Shown here piece by piece: positions 10,224 through 20,148 of a DNA stretch of 64,000 bases. Source of the stretch: Armatimonadota bacterium. GTDB lineage: Bacteria; Armatimonadota; SYMT01. A program made the position numbers and the translations under genes. Every line of letters begins with the position of its first letter. Positions within the stretch are counted from its first letter, which is position 1. Under the pieces are notes generated by a model. That model searched no databases, was not told the DNA's origin, and saw only the letters and a list, made by a program, of their open reading frames with translations. The DNA lies in assembly GCA_041690135.1 (NCBI GenBank), contig JAWLHY010000006.1:237964-301963 (forward strand). The letters are read 5' to 3'.

Positions 10224-12641
10224 ATGACGTACACATCCCGGATTCTTGCACTGTTCACCCTGGGCGGGTTGCTTCTCCCCCTGGCGCCCGGATTGGCTTC
10301 CGGTGAGGGCTATCGCAAACCCCCGGAGTCGATCCGCAAGGTTCTGGATGCGCCCCCTCCCCCACTCGTAAGCATCAGTCCCAAGCGCGACCAGATGGTA
10401 CTGATCGACTGGGTGCGCTATCCGCCCCTCGCGGATCTGGCGCAGCCCATGCTGCGGCTGGCGGGCCTGCGGATCAATCCGAACACCAACGGACCGCATG
10501 AGCCGCGGCAGTTCGTCGGCTTCCGCATCAAGACGATTCCCAGCGGTCAGGAGCGCCGGATCGCACTCCCCGCCGGCGCGGACCTGGGGGCACCGGTGTG
10601 GACGCCCGATGGAAAACGGTTCGCCTTTACTCTCACCCGCCCTAACGGCATTCAACTCTGGCTAGCGGACGCGGTCGCGGGCACTGCGCGCCAACTGCCG
10701 AACATCCAACTCAACGCCGCCTACGGCACGCCCGTGCAGTGGATGCCCGGTGGCAAGACCTTGCTGGTGCAAACGGTCGCATCCGGCCGCGGCAAGGTTC
10801 CCGCGGCACCAACGGTCCCCCCGGGGCCCACCATCCAGGAGAGCGCCGGCCGTGCCGCCCCGGTCCGCACCTATCAGGATCTGCTCAAGAACCCTCATGA
10901 CGAGGCCCTCTTCGATCACTACGCCACTTCCCAGTTGACGCTGGTGGAGGCCTCCGGCGGGAAAGCCGTTCCCGTGGGCAAACCCGGCATCTTTGCTGAC
11001 GTGGAACCCTCACCTGATGGCAAATATCTGCTGGTAGCGCGCAACCACCGACCCTACTCCTACCTGATTGGCTACTGGGCATTCCCGAAGAAGGTTGAGG
11101 TGTGGGACCGAACCGGACGCCCGGCCCACAAGCTGGCGGATCTGCCACTGGCCGAGCGCGTGCCCATAGGCGGCGTACCCACGGGTCCCCGTGGCTATCA
11201 CTGGATGCCGACGGACCCAGCAACACTGGTGTGGGTCGAAGCGTTGGACGAAGGAGATCCGAAGAAGAAGGTGGCGCACCGCGATCGGGTTCGGCTCTTG
11301 CCCGCCCCCTTTCGGACCGACCCCACGGATCTGGCTAAAACGGAACACCGCTACGCGGGTCTCCACTGGATCGAGCGGGGTGGGCAGGTCCTGTTGTCCG
11401 AATACGATCGGGACCGGCTCTGGCGCCGCACCTGGCTGATCGATCGCGCCAATCTGGATAGGCGCCTGGTTTGGGATCTCTCGGTCAACGATCGCTACAA
11501 GGCCCCCGGCGAGCCGGTCTACCGGACACTGGCCAACGGGCATCGCGCCGTGCGCCGGGAGGGCAACTCAATTTACCTGGAAGGTCCGGGCGCCTCGCCG
11601 GAAGGAGACCGCCCCTTCCTGGACCGGCTGAACCTCGAGTCCCTGCAGGCGGAACGCCTTTTTCACAGCCCCGCCGGCTCTTACGAATCGTTCGTCGCCC
11701 TTATAGACGCGGACCGGTTCATCACCCGGCGTGAAACCCTCACCGAGCCGCCGAACTATCTTCTCCGCTCCCTGGGCGAGGCGAAGCCAACGGCCCTCAC
11801 CCGTTTTCCGGACCCGGCGCCCCAGCTGCGCTCCATCCAGAAACGGCTGGTGACCTACAAGCGCGCCGACGGTGTCCCGCTTTCCTTCACTCTGTACCTA
11901 CCCCCGGATTATAAGGAGGGCGAGCGCCTTCCCACCTTCGTATGGGCGTATCCGCGGGAGTACGGCGATGCCGCCACTGCCGGCCAGGTTTCGGGCTCGC
12001 CCCATCGCTTCACCACGATCACCGGCATTTCCCACCTGTTCCTGGTGCTGGAGGGCTACGCCGTACTGGATAATGCGACGATGCCGGTCGTGGGCCCTCC
12101 GGAAACAGTGAACGACACCTTCATCGAGCAGATCGTCGGGAGCGCAAAGGCAGCCATCGACAAGGCCGTAGAATTGGGAGTCACGGACCCGGAGCGGGTC
12201 GCGGTGGGCGGCCACAGCTACGGCGCATTTATGACCGCCAACCTGCTTGCACACTCCGACCTGTTCCGCACAGGCATTGCTCGCAGCGGCGCCTACAACC
12301 GCACCCTCACCCCGTTTGGGTTTCAGAGCGAGCGGCGGACCGTATGGGAGGCGCCGGAGGTCTACACGCGGCTCTCGCCCTTCATGCACGCCCACAAGAT
12401 CAACGAGCCCTTGCTGTTGATCCACGGAGAAGCGGACGACAACCCCGGTACCTTTCCGATGCAGAGCGAACGAATGTATCACGCCGTCAAGGGCAACGGC
12501 GGCACCGTGCGGTACGTGGAACTACCGCATGAGTCGCACGGTTATGTTGCGCGAGAGTCGGTGGCTCACACACTCTGGGAAATGGCGTCGTGGTGCGACC
12601 GGTTTCTCAAGCAGGGATCAGCGAACCAAACCAAGCGGTAG
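10224..12641 (+). CDS. S9-family (prolyl oligopeptidase / acylaminoacyl-peptidase-like) serine peptidase, secreted
   Basis: 805 aa with a signal-like N-terminus. The nucleophile elbow 'GGHSYGAFM' and the C-terminal 'LLIHGEADDN…HGY' catalytic Asp/His region are present. Confidence 0.9.
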   Translation: MTYTSRILALFTLGGLLLPLAPGLASGEGYRKPPESIRKVLDAPPPPLVSISPKRDQMVLIDWVRYPPLADLAQPMLRLAGLRINPNTNGPHEPRQFVGFRIKTIPSGQERRIALPAGADLGAPVWTPDGKRFAFTLTRPNGIQLWLADAVAGTARQLPNIQLNAAYGTPVQWMPGGKTLLVQTVASGRGKVPAAPTVPPGPTIQESAGRAAPVRTYQDLLKNPHDEALFDHYATSQLTLVEASGGKAVPVGKPGIFADVEPSPDGKYLLVARNHRPYSYLIGYWAFPKKVEVWDRTGRPAHKLADLPLAERVPIGGVPTGPRGYHWMPTDPATLVWVEALDEGDPKKKVAHRDRVRLLPAPFRTDPTDLAKTEHRYAGLHWIERGGQVLLSEYDRDRLWRRTWLIDRANLDRRLVWDLSVNDRYKAPGEPVYRTLANGHRAVRREGNSIYLEGPGASPEGDRPFLDRLNLESLQAERLFHSPAGSYESFVALIDADRFITRRETLTEPPNYLLRSLGEAKPTALTRFPDPAPQLRSIQKRLVTYKRADGVPLSFTLYLPPDYKEGERLPTFVWAYPREYGDAATAGQVSGSPHRFTTITGISHLFLVLEGYAVLDNATMPVVGPPETVNDTFIEQIVGSAKAAIDKAVELGVTDPERVAVGGHSYGAFMTANLLAHSDLFRTGIARSGAYNRTLTPFGFQSERRTVWEAPEVYTRLSPFMHAHKINEPLLLIHGEADDNPGTFPMQSERMYHAVKGNGGTVRYVELPHESHGYVARESVAHTLWEMASWCDRFLKQGSANQTKR

Positions 12642-12660
12642 CCCAGCAGAAAAGCTAGCG

Positions 12661-12690
12661 GGGGGGGATCGCCACTGGCGATCTCCCCCC
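12661..12690. terminator. GC-rich hairpin between convergent genes (possible terminator)
   Basis: gggggggatcgcc-act-ggcgatc(t)cccccc lies between stops at 12641 (+) and 12723 (-). There is no clear T-run. Confidence 0.45.
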
Positions 12691-12722
12691 GATACCCTTA
12701 AATACTTGTTGAAAACGGAAGC

Positions 12723-13103
12723 CTATCCAGGAACCGGGCGACCTAGGGACTTGTAGATATCCTCGATCATCTTCTTATCCCGGGCGGCGGCTGCATGCTT
12801 GGGATTCAACTCCAGGGCGCGGCGGTACTTTTTCAACGCACCGGGGTACTTCACACGCGGAGGAAGGTCCGGATTGTTCATCATCGTGAAGCCGACCTGG
12901 TAGTTCGCTTCCGCCACTTCCTTCTTCAACTTGGCGTCCTTCGGGCTCTTGGCAAGCTTGGCCTCCAGAGCCTTCAACTTCGCCTCATCATACTTCTTAG
13001 CCGCCGCGGCAGCCGGTTTGGCGACCGGCTTGGCGGCAAAAGCCGTTCCTGCCGGAGCCACGGCACACAGCCCCAGAGCGAGGGCCAGGACCGTCATTCG
13101 CAT
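12723..13103 (-). CDS. small secreted helical (TPR-like) protein
   Basis: 126 aa with a signal peptide (MRMTVLALALGLCAVAPAGTAFA). Lys/Ala-rich helices and an 'ALKKYRRALELNP' TPR-like segment follow. Confidence 0.6.
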   Translation of the reverse strand: MRMTVLALALGLCAVAPAGTAFAAKPVAKPAAAAAKKYDEAKLKALEAKLAKSPKDAKLKKEVAEANYQVGFTMMNNPDLPPRVKYPGALKKYRRALELNPKHAAAARDKKMIEDIYKSLGRPVPG

Positions 13104-13352
13104 CGCTCTCTTCTCCTTCTCCGGGCGGCGCGCCCGGGCATCTACCTCCCCATGATACGACAGTCAACCCCTCGCGGTTTGCCCATAATTTCGCAAGAAT
13201 CGAGGATACCCGGAACTTTCAGCAGTTAAACACCCGTCTTTAGCCGTGGCACACTGCCATAGCAATCGGACTTTGCCGGTCGCCTCCGGTCTTCCTGACC
13301 CTCACCTCCGAGGCCCGGCAGCCCAGATCAGAACCACGGAGAAGCGTGTTTT

Positions 13353-14066
13353 ATGCTGTACCGCACAGCCCGTGCCCTGACCATACCTGCTAGTGTTACG
13401 CTGCTTTGCTGTTTGGAAGCGAAACCGCCGCGCTGGCTGACCCCCCCGGCGCTGCGCCGGCCGGTCCAGGTCGAAGCTCCCAAGCCGGAAATCAAACCGT
13501 TCGAAGAACCCAGGATCCTGGCCGTGAATAAGCGGATCGCGAAGCGGATCAACGCGCTGCGTCCCTGTGTTAAAGAGCGCCTCGTTCGCGTAACCCAGAA
13601 GCTCCCGAAGAAGGTGACGCTGCTGGTCACGTCCGCAACCCGCACCCGCGAAGAGCAGGCAGCCCTACGCCCCACCTTCGGAGTGAAGGCCCGGCCGGGA
13701 ACCAGCACCCATGAAGACGGTCGTGCCATTGATCTCAACGTGATTGTCGATGGGAAGCGCGTGAGCCCGCGCATGAACCAGAAGATCATCGGTAAAGTGA
13801 TGGCCAGCGAGGGCTTCCGCCACCTCGGCCGGATCGACCCGGTCCACTACAGCGTACCCAAGGAAAAGATCGACGTCTCTCTCACATCGGGACCCGATCT
13901 TCAGGTCATGACGATGGCTGAAGCCGAGGAGTTGCGCAGCGAAGTGGAAGAACTCCGGGCCGCCGCGGATCAAGAAGCTGAAAGCACCGGTGCTGCGATC
14001 CGCGCGCCTTTGAACCCCACCTCTGCTGCCCAATCGGCGATCTCATTCCTGCCCGCCGGCCTTTAA
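13353..14066 (+). CDS. M15-family (VanY / D-Ala-D-Ala carboxypeptidase-like) zinc peptidase
   Basis: 237 aa. The 'SATRTREEQ', 'STHEDGRAIDL' and 'DPVHY' motifs match the H-x6-D…H zinc site of M15 peptidases. Confidence 0.75.
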   Translation: MLYRTARALTIPASVTLLCCLEAKPPRWLTPPALRRPVQVEAPKPEIKPFEEPRILAVNKRIAKRINALRPCVKERLVRVTQKLPKKVTLLVTSATRTREEQAALRPTFGVKARPGTSTHEDGRAIDLNVIVDGKRVSPRMNQKIIGKVMASEGFRHLGRIDPVHYSVPKEKIDVSLTSGPDLQVMTMAEAEELRSEVEELRAAADQEAESTGAAIRAPLNPTSAAQSAISFLPAGL

Positions 14067-14224
14067 GAGCTGGTATAAGCGGCACGTCACACTCTTCCTT
14101 GCTCCGGCACTTATTCACTGGCTGCCTTGACTTGTGCGGCTCCGGCCGCGACGGGCCGACAGGGGCAGCCGATGGGGTCCCCTGGAGGAGTGAGGACGGA
14201 GTCAGCGTGAGTACCTCGGTTTGG

Positions 14225-16873
14225 ATGGGGTCGGGCCTGGCGGCCAGAGCGTGGCTTGCGGCGACCGCGTTTCTCTTTCTGGTTGCCGCGGCGGCCGCGG
14301 GGTCCGACCAGAACGCGGCTCCGCGCGGCGAAGGACTGCTGGTCGCCTTTCAGGATCACGCTCCTTTGTCCGCGCGTCTCGCCGTGCTCCAGCGGTTCGG
14401 GCTCGCTCCGGACTCCCGGTTCAAAAGCGCGCATGTGGCACGCCTCACTCCGGTGCGAAGCCCAACTTCAGCGGCCTCCCAGGCTGGTCACTTCCGCCAA
14501 CTCGTCAGTCGCCTCCGCCACGATCCCGCCGTCCGCGTCGTCGAACCGGATTACACGGTTCGCGCGTCCGGTATTCCCAACGACCCCGAATTCCACCGGC
14601 TGTGGGGCTTGCGCAACACTGGTCAGACGGAGGGCTTGCCGGGCGCGGATATCGAGGCGCCCGCCGCGTGGGACATCACCAGCGGGCGACCGGAAACCAT
14701 CGTCGCCGTGATCGATACAGGGGTCGACTACAATCATCCCGATCTGCGGGACAATATCCTTCGGGACGCAAATGGGGCCGTTGTGGGATACGACTTCGCC
14801 AATGACGACCCCAACCCCATGGACGACAACAACCACGGCACTCACGTCGCCGGAACCGTGGGGGCCGTGGCGGGGAACAGCCTGGGAATTGCCGGCGTCT
14901 GCCCCCGCGTGCGAATCATGCCGCTCAAGTTTCTCGACGGCGCCGGAAACGGCGCCACTTCCGACGCAATCGAAGCGATCGATTTCGCCCTGGCCCATGG
15001 AGCCCACGTGCTCAACAACAGTTGGGGAGGTGGAAGCTACAGCCAGTTGCTAAAGGAAGCGATCGATCGGGCGCGGGCAAAAGGGGTGCTCGTCGTTGCG
15101 GCCGCCGGCAATGAAGCGGCCAATAACGACGAGATCGCCACCTATCCCGCCGCCTACAACCGGGTTTGCGAGAACGTCATCAGCGTAGCGGCCACGGATG
15201 ACCGTGACCGGGTAGCCTCGTTCTCTAACTTCGGCCCGGCAACCGTCGATGTGGCGGCACCCGGCGTCCGGATTTACAGTACCCTTCCGGGCAACCGATA
15301 CGGCTACCTGAACGGCACTTCGATGGCGGCGCCGCACGTTTCCGGCGCCGCCGCTCTCGTGCGCGCGCACTACCCCATGATTTCCACTTCGATGTGGAAG
15401 GCGAGGCTCCTCGGAACCGCGGAAAAGGTCGCCTCCCTGGAGAGGAAGATCAAGGGCGGGCGCCTGAACCTACGGACTACCCTCCTGCCGGACAATGTTC
15501 CACCCGGTCCGCCCGCCGATCTTCGGGTCACCCACCACGCCACCAACGCACTCCTGTTGGCCTGGACCGCCTCCGGCGAGGACGGTTCAACCGGGGCCGC
15601 CGCTGCCTTCGACCTTCGGTACAGCACTCAACCTATTACAGCCCGAAACTTCGAGACTGCCGCGGGCGCAAGCGAATTACCGGCTCCAGGTGTTGCAGGC
15701 TATCCCCACCAGTATCTGCTCCCCAACCTCCTCGCCGATCGGGAGTACTACCTGGCGCTCCGAGCTATCGATCGGGTCGGCAATTTATCCGCGCCGGTGG
15801 TCCTGGGTCCCGTGCGTACCCGCTCGAGTGGTACGGACATCTATCTGGTGGAGGACTCGGTGGAAGCCCATCCCCAGTTTTATGGCGATTGGAGTGTGAC
15901 CACCGAGCGCGCCGCCAGCCCCACCCACGCGTACACGGATAGCCCAGGACGCCCCTACCCGGCGTCGGCGGTGCGTCATCTGACCCAACTGGCGCCGGTT
16001 TCCCTGGTGGGGGTAGTACCGGTCCTGCGTTTTCGCGCCGAGACCGACCTGGAAACAGGCTATGATTTCCTCTGCGTGGATGTCTCCACTGACGAGGGAG
16101 CCTCGTGGGAGCGCCAGCCCCTGTCGATCACCGGGACAAACGGCTGGAGCGATTACGAAGTGCCCTTGCACCAATACTACGGCCATCGCATTCAAGCGCG
16201 TTTTCGCCTGGTGAGCGATCACGTCGTGCACCAGGATGGAGCCTGGATCGATAATATCCGCCTGGGTGGAACGCCCCTGCTGGCAGCGGGGAACCCGGAT
16301 GCGCCACTACCACAGGTCCCTACCGGGCTGACAGCGACTGCGGGAAGCGCCCAGGTCTCACTTTCGTGGCTTCCCGGCCGGCATGCCTCCGCCTACAACA
16401 TCAAGAGAGCGCCGACCGCCACCGGCTCCTTTACCCGCGTGGGCACCACCACTACCTCGACGCAGTTCACGGATGTGGGTCTCAAGAACGGCGTAACCTA
16501 CTACTATCTCGTCAGCTCCGTGAACGCTGCGGGGGAGAGCGAGCATTCCAATCTGGCAACGGCTACTCCTCAGCCCCCAGCGCCACCCCGCTCACCGCGA
16601 AACCTAACCGCCCGACCAGGCAAGGGATTCGTGACGCTGCGGTGGATCCAACCGGGCCCTGCGGCGCGGCATCGCATTTACCGTTCCGAAGTCCGGGGGA
16701 GGAACTATTCGCTGCTCGCCTCGATTCCGGCTGGTCGGACATATACGGACCGCGTGGTGGCGGGTAGGAAGAGGTACTACTACCAGGTCACCGCGCTGAG
16801 TGCGGAGGGGGTGGAAAGCGGACGATCCCCTGCGGCCTCTGCCGCGGCCAGGGCCAACGCCGCGCGACGGTAG
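14225..16873 (+). CDS. secreted S8 (subtilisin-family) serine peptidase with C-terminal fibronectin-III-like repeats
   Basis: Catalytic triad motifs 'DTGVDYNHPDL', 'HGTHVAGT' and 'GTSMAAPHVSG' are present. Two 'P..P..L.A….V.L.W' FN3-like modules lie near the C-terminus. I chose the start at the ATG preceding the hydrophobic signal (MGSGLAARAWLAATAFLFLVAAAAAG). Confidence 0.9.
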   Translation: MGSGLAARAWLAATAFLFLVAAAAAGSDQNAAPRGEGLLVAFQDHAPLSARLAVLQRFGLAPDSRFKSAHVARLTPVRSPTSAASQAGHFRQLVSRLRHDPAVRVVEPDYTVRASGIPNDPEFHRLWGLRNTGQTEGLPGADIEAPAAWDITSGRPETIVAVIDTGVDYNHPDLRDNILRDANGAVVGYDFANDDPNPMDDNNHGTHVAGTVGAVAGNSLGIAGVCPRVRIMPLKFLDGAGNGATSDAIEAIDFALAHGAHVLNNSWGGGSYSQLLKEAIDRARAKGVLVVAAAGNEAANNDEIATYPAAYNRVCENVISVAATDDRDRVASFSNFGPATVDVAAPGVRIYSTLPGNRYGYLNGTSMAAPHVSGAAALVRAHYPMISTSMWKARLLGTAEKVASLERKIKGGRLNLRTTLLPDNVPPGPPADLRVTHHATNALLLAWTASGEDGSTGAAAAFDLRYSTQPITARNFETAAGASELPAPGVAGYPHQYLLPNLLADREYYLALRAIDRVGNLSAPVVLGPVRTRSSGTDIYLVEDSVEAHPQFYGDWSVTTERAASPTHAYTDSPGRPYPASAVRHLTQLAPVSLVGVVPVLRFRAETDLETGYDFLCVDVSTDEGASWERQPLSITGTNGWSDYEVPLHQYYGHRIQARFRLVSDHVVHQDGAWIDNIRLGGTPLLAAGNPDAPLPQVPTGLTATAGSAQVSLSWLPGRHASAYNIKRAPTATGSFTRVGTTTTSTQFTDVGLKNGVTYYYLVSSVNAAGESEHSNLATATPQPPAPPRSPRNLTARPGKGFVTLRWIQPGPAARHRIYRSEVRGRNYSLLASIPAGRTYTDRVVAGRKRYYYQVTALSAEGVESGRSPAASAAARANAARR

Positions 16874-16880
16874 GGGCCGT

Positions 16881-17213
16881 TCACTGCCCCATCCAGGTGC
16901 GTTCCGTGCTCGGCCCTCCCGCGGGTTCGCCTCGATAGGCCGCCGAAAGAGCGGGGATTTCCTCTTCCGCATACTCCTGGCACTGGGGACAGAGGAATCC
17001 CAGTTCCACGGGCATGGGCCGGCCGTAGAGGGCCTGGAACAGGTACTCGACTTTGGCGCGGTTCTCGATACTGATCGGTACGCCGCACTGTTTGAAAGTG
17101 ATTCCCGGGTGCCGCCACTCCGGATATCCTTCCGCAGTCAATTCGCCGCGGAACCACTCCCCCAGCGATGGTCTCCTGCCACAACCATCACAGCGCATCT
17201 GGGTCAACAGCAT
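16881..17213 (-). CDS. small hypothetical protein with two CxxC pairs (zinc-ribbon-like)
   Basis: 110 aa with 'CDGC' near the N-terminus and 'CPQC' near residue 75. It lies 13 nt downstream of comEA on the same strand. Confidence 0.5.
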   Translation of the reverse strand: MLLTQMRCDGCGRRPSLGEWFRGELTAEGYPEWRHPGITFKQCGVPISIENRAKVEYLFQALYGRPMPVELGFLCPQCQEYAEEEIPALSAAYRGEPAGGPSTERTWMGQ

Positions 17214-17226
17214 CGGTGCACCTCAA

Positions 17227-17958
17227 CTACGGAGCGGTAACGAGACTGCGAATCTGATCGAAGCGACCCTCGCCAATCCCCCGCACGTTCAGCAGGTCTT
17301 CGGGTTGCGTGAAGGGGCCGGACTGCCGTCGGTAGGCGAGGATCGCTTCCGCGGTCGATGGTCCGATACCGGGTAGTTCCTCAAGTTGTTTCTGGGTGGC
17401 CGTGTTGAGGTTCAGCGGGAATTGCGTCTTACCGGCGGGGCCGGACGAGCTACGTACCACCACGGGAGAACTTACCGCCTCGGCAGACAGCGTGAAGGGA
17501 TACCGACCGGACCGGTTACCCCCCACCGTCGATTGAACGGGGCCCGGTTCCGGGGCGGGCTGGTGGCTGGTGAGACGCTGAGGCCGGCCGCGCAGGGGGA
17601 TCCGGACCTGCTCCCCATCTTTCACCGGATCGGCCAGGTTGATCGCGTCGAGATCCGCCTGTTGCGTGGGTCCGCCGGCCCGCTTCATGGCGTCCACCAC
17701 GCGCGCCCATTCCGGAAGAGAGTAGACACCCGGCTTTTTCACCGCCCCGGCCACGTGGACGCGGATCGGCCCGCTCTTGTCGAACAGGCGCGGAGCCATC
17801 GGGTCCGTATCTTCGGGACTAACCGGCCCTGAAACCAGCGCGGCTCGCTGTTCCGGCGTAACCGGAGTGTTCCGGTAGCCGTTGAGGCTCACGCCGACCG
17901 CCGTAAGAATACCTCCCACGGCTAACGAGCCCATGATCCACGCCAGTCGGTTGCTCAC
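17227..17958 (-). CDS. comEA: ComEA-family DNA-binding competence protein
   Basis: 243 aa with an N-terminal TM segment and an SLBB-like middle region. The C-terminal tandem helix-hairpin-helix reads 'LNLNTATQKQLEELPGIGPSTAEAILAYR…LLNVRGIG'. Confidence 0.85.
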   Translation of the reverse strand: MSNRLAWIMGSLAVGGILTAVGVSLNGYRNTPVTPEQRAALVSGPVSPEDTDPMAPRLFDKSGPIRVHVAGAVKKPGVYSLPEWARVVDAMKRAGGPTQQADLDAINLADPVKDGEQVRIPLRGRPQRLTSHQPAPEPGPVQSTVGGNRSGRYPFTLSAEAVSSPVVVRSSSGPAGKTQFPLNLNTATQKQLEELPGIGPSTAEAILAYRRQSGPFTQPEDLLNVRGIGEGRFDQIRSLVTAP

Positions 17959-17987
17959 GATGGTACCTGTTTTGGCTCGGAGGGGCG

Positions 17988-18740
17988 TTAAAGCACGCCT
18001 GCCAGGGCATCCGGCCCTACCCGCATCCCGGTCAGGAAGGGACCGAACTCCGCATACTTGGCGCTGACCTCGTCAAAGCGCATCTCATAAACCAGCTTCT
18101 TGAATTGGAGCGGATCTTCCGTAAACAGAGTCACCCCCCACTCCCAATCATCGAACCCCACAGAGCCGGTGATCATCTGCTGCACCACGCCGAAGTACTT
18201 ATGGCCGATGGTCCCGTGGCTGCGCATCATGCCGCGGCGCTCCTCCATCGGCAACATGTACCAGTTGAGGTCCTCGCCGCGCTTCTTGTTCATGGGGTAG
18301 AAAACCATGTAGCGACGCTCCGCGGGAATCTGGAACTTCAAGCGCGCCTTGACGAACGGCACTTCCATCGGATTCTCGATGGCCCCTCGGGACTGGGCCT
18401 CATAGAGACCCAATTCGGTTACGGAAAAATAGGAGTACGGGCGGGTGGTGAAATCGGCCAGGCGTGTCTGCGCGAAGGCGTGTTCGAGAGCATCCAGTTC
18501 GTCCGGAGTGGATCGCAGGTGCAAGTACATCAGGTCGGCCTTGTGCCCGATGATGCTGTAGAGCGCACTCGACCCCTCTGGCGCGTCCGCGTGGGCTTCC
18601 GCTCCGCACAGGAATTCGGCCGCTTCGGCGAGGGCCGCCTCCCGTTCCGCGGAGGGCAGGGCCTTCCATCGCGGCCAATCGATCTGGCGGAAGTCGTGCA
18701 GGCAGTACCACCCTTCCAGGGTTCCGGGCACTTCAGGCAT
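17988..18740 (-). CDS. hemQ: chlorite-dismutase-family protein, HemQ/ChdC-like coproheme decarboxylase
   Basis: The sequence (GWYCLHDFRQIDW… SYFSVTELG… MVFYPMNKKR…WYML… HG) matches the Cld/HemQ fold family. I chose the ATG at 18740, with AGGAG 11 nt upstream. The ORF track extends to 18791. Confidence 0.8.
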   Translation of the reverse strand: MPEVPGTLEGWYCLHDFRQIDWPRWKALPSAEREAALAEAAEFLCGAEAHADAPEGSSALYSIIGHKADLMYLHLRSTPDELDALEHAFAQTRLADFTTRPYSYFSVTELGLYEAQSRGAIENPMEVPFVKARLKFQIPAERRYMVFYPMNKKRGEDLNWYMLPMEERRGMMRSHGTIGHKYFGVVQQMITGSVGFDDWEWGVTLFTEDPLQFKKLVYEMRFDEVSAKYAEFGPFLTGMRVGPDALAGVL

Positions 18741-18912
18741 CTGGTTCTCACTCCTGGTCAGTGTCGCTCGCCGGCATGCCGCGGCACGCAAAATGCGGTG
18801 CTGCGAGAAACCGAAATCGCGTCTAAGATGGTGTTAAGGCTGGGCCGAACCGGCCACTCCTGGTCGATGATACCACACCCTTCAGGACGGTGATAGTTTC
18901 CCTGGAGTTGCG

Positions 18913-20136
18913 ATGTTTGTCGAAGAATATCCGCGCCTGCGTCCTCTCGAAGCTGTTCCGGACCCCAAAAACCACCGGGTTATCCTCCGGGACCCTACCC
19001 AACTCGCCGCCGGCATGCTGGTGGTAGGCCTGCGCGACCTGGCCCTGATCACCCTGCTGGATGGCTCGCGGAGCCGGGTGCAGATCCAGGCGGAGTACGC
19101 GCGCCAGACTGGGCAACTCCTCGTGACTGCAGATCTGGAGGCTCTGCTCGCCCAATTGGGACAGGGCGGTTTTCTCGACGGCGCAGCCTTCGAAACCTAC
19201 TACGCGGAATTGGTGGAAGAGTACCTCGCGAAGCCGTACCGTCCCCTCCGGGATCTGAACGGATACGGGGCTCCGGCGGAGCGCCTTCCGGATTACCTGG
19301 ACGGGGCCCTCGCGGAGGCGGAACTCGGGTCCCGTTTTGGGGTCGGTCGCCGACCTTATGCAATCGTTACCCCGCATCTCGACTTCCCACGCGGCCGGAG
19401 TTGTTATGCAGAGGGTTACGCCGCATTGAGGTCCAGCGGCTGGAAGCCACGGCGGGTCGTGATCCTGGGAACCAACCACTTCGGCCGTTCGCGCAGCCTC
19501 GTAGCGACCACCCGCGATTTCGAGACACCCTGGGGGATCGTTCCGACCGACCGCGCGTTCCTGGAGCTTCTCCAGGCGGAGTGCACGGGTAGCCTGTTCC
19601 CCTATGAGCTCGATCACCTGCGGGAGCACTCCATCGAGCTTCAGGTTACGTGGCTCCACCACGTTCTTGGGAACGGTTTCGCCATCGTGCCGGTGCTCTG
19701 TCCCGACCCGAGCGCGCCCCGGGGCACCCGTCCGGGCGATCCGAACGGTGTCGATCTCCGGGAGTTCTCCCACGCCCTGGGGCGGCTGATCCGCGATGAT
19801 CCCGAGTCGACCCTGATCGTCGCCAGCGCCGACCTCAGCCATGTGGGAGGCTACTTTGGGGATGAGACGGCTCTGGACGAAGGGTTTCTGGGAGAAGTAC
19901 GGAGCGGTGACGAGGCAGCACTATCCTGGGTGGACCGGAACGACCCAGAAGGTTTCCGCGCTCACATGGCTTCCACGGGCAACCCCACCCGCGTCTGCTC
20001 CGTGGGGTGTCTTTATGCTTTGATGACGGCGTTGGGGTCCTCTATCCGGGCCGAACGACTGCGTTACCACCAGGCCGTGACCCCCGAACTCGAAAATGCA
20101 GTGACGTGCGCCGCCTACGCGTTCGGAGAGTGGTAA
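18913..20136 (+). CDS. MEMO1 / AmmeMemoRadiSam-system-protein-B family protein with ~130-aa N-terminal extension
   Basis: 407 aa. The core has 'VTPHLDFPRG', 'ILGTNHF', 'EHSIELQV' and 'ASADLSHVG', typical of Memo-like proteins. The N-terminal extension looks PqqD-like (see findings). Confidence 0.8.
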   Translation: MFVEEYPRLRPLEAVPDPKNHRVILRDPTQLAAGMLVVGLRDLALITLLDGSRSRVQIQAEYARQTGQLLVTADLEALLAQLGQGGFLDGAAFETYYAELVEEYLAKPYRPLRDLNGYGAPAERLPDYLDGALAEAELGSRFGVGRRPYAIVTPHLDFPRGRSCYAEGYAALRSSGWKPRRVVILGTNHFGRSRSLVATTRDFETPWGIVPTDRAFLELLQAECTGSLFPYELDHLREHSIELQVTWLHHVLGNGFAIVPVLCPDPSAPRGTRPGDPNGVDLREFSHALGRLIRDDPESTLIVASADLSHVGGYFGDETALDEGFLGEVRSGDEAALSWVDRNDPEGFRAHMASTGNPTRVCSVGCLYALMTALGSSIRAERLRYHQAVTPELENAVTCAAYAFGEW

Positions 20137-20148
20137 CAAGCCGCTTTG

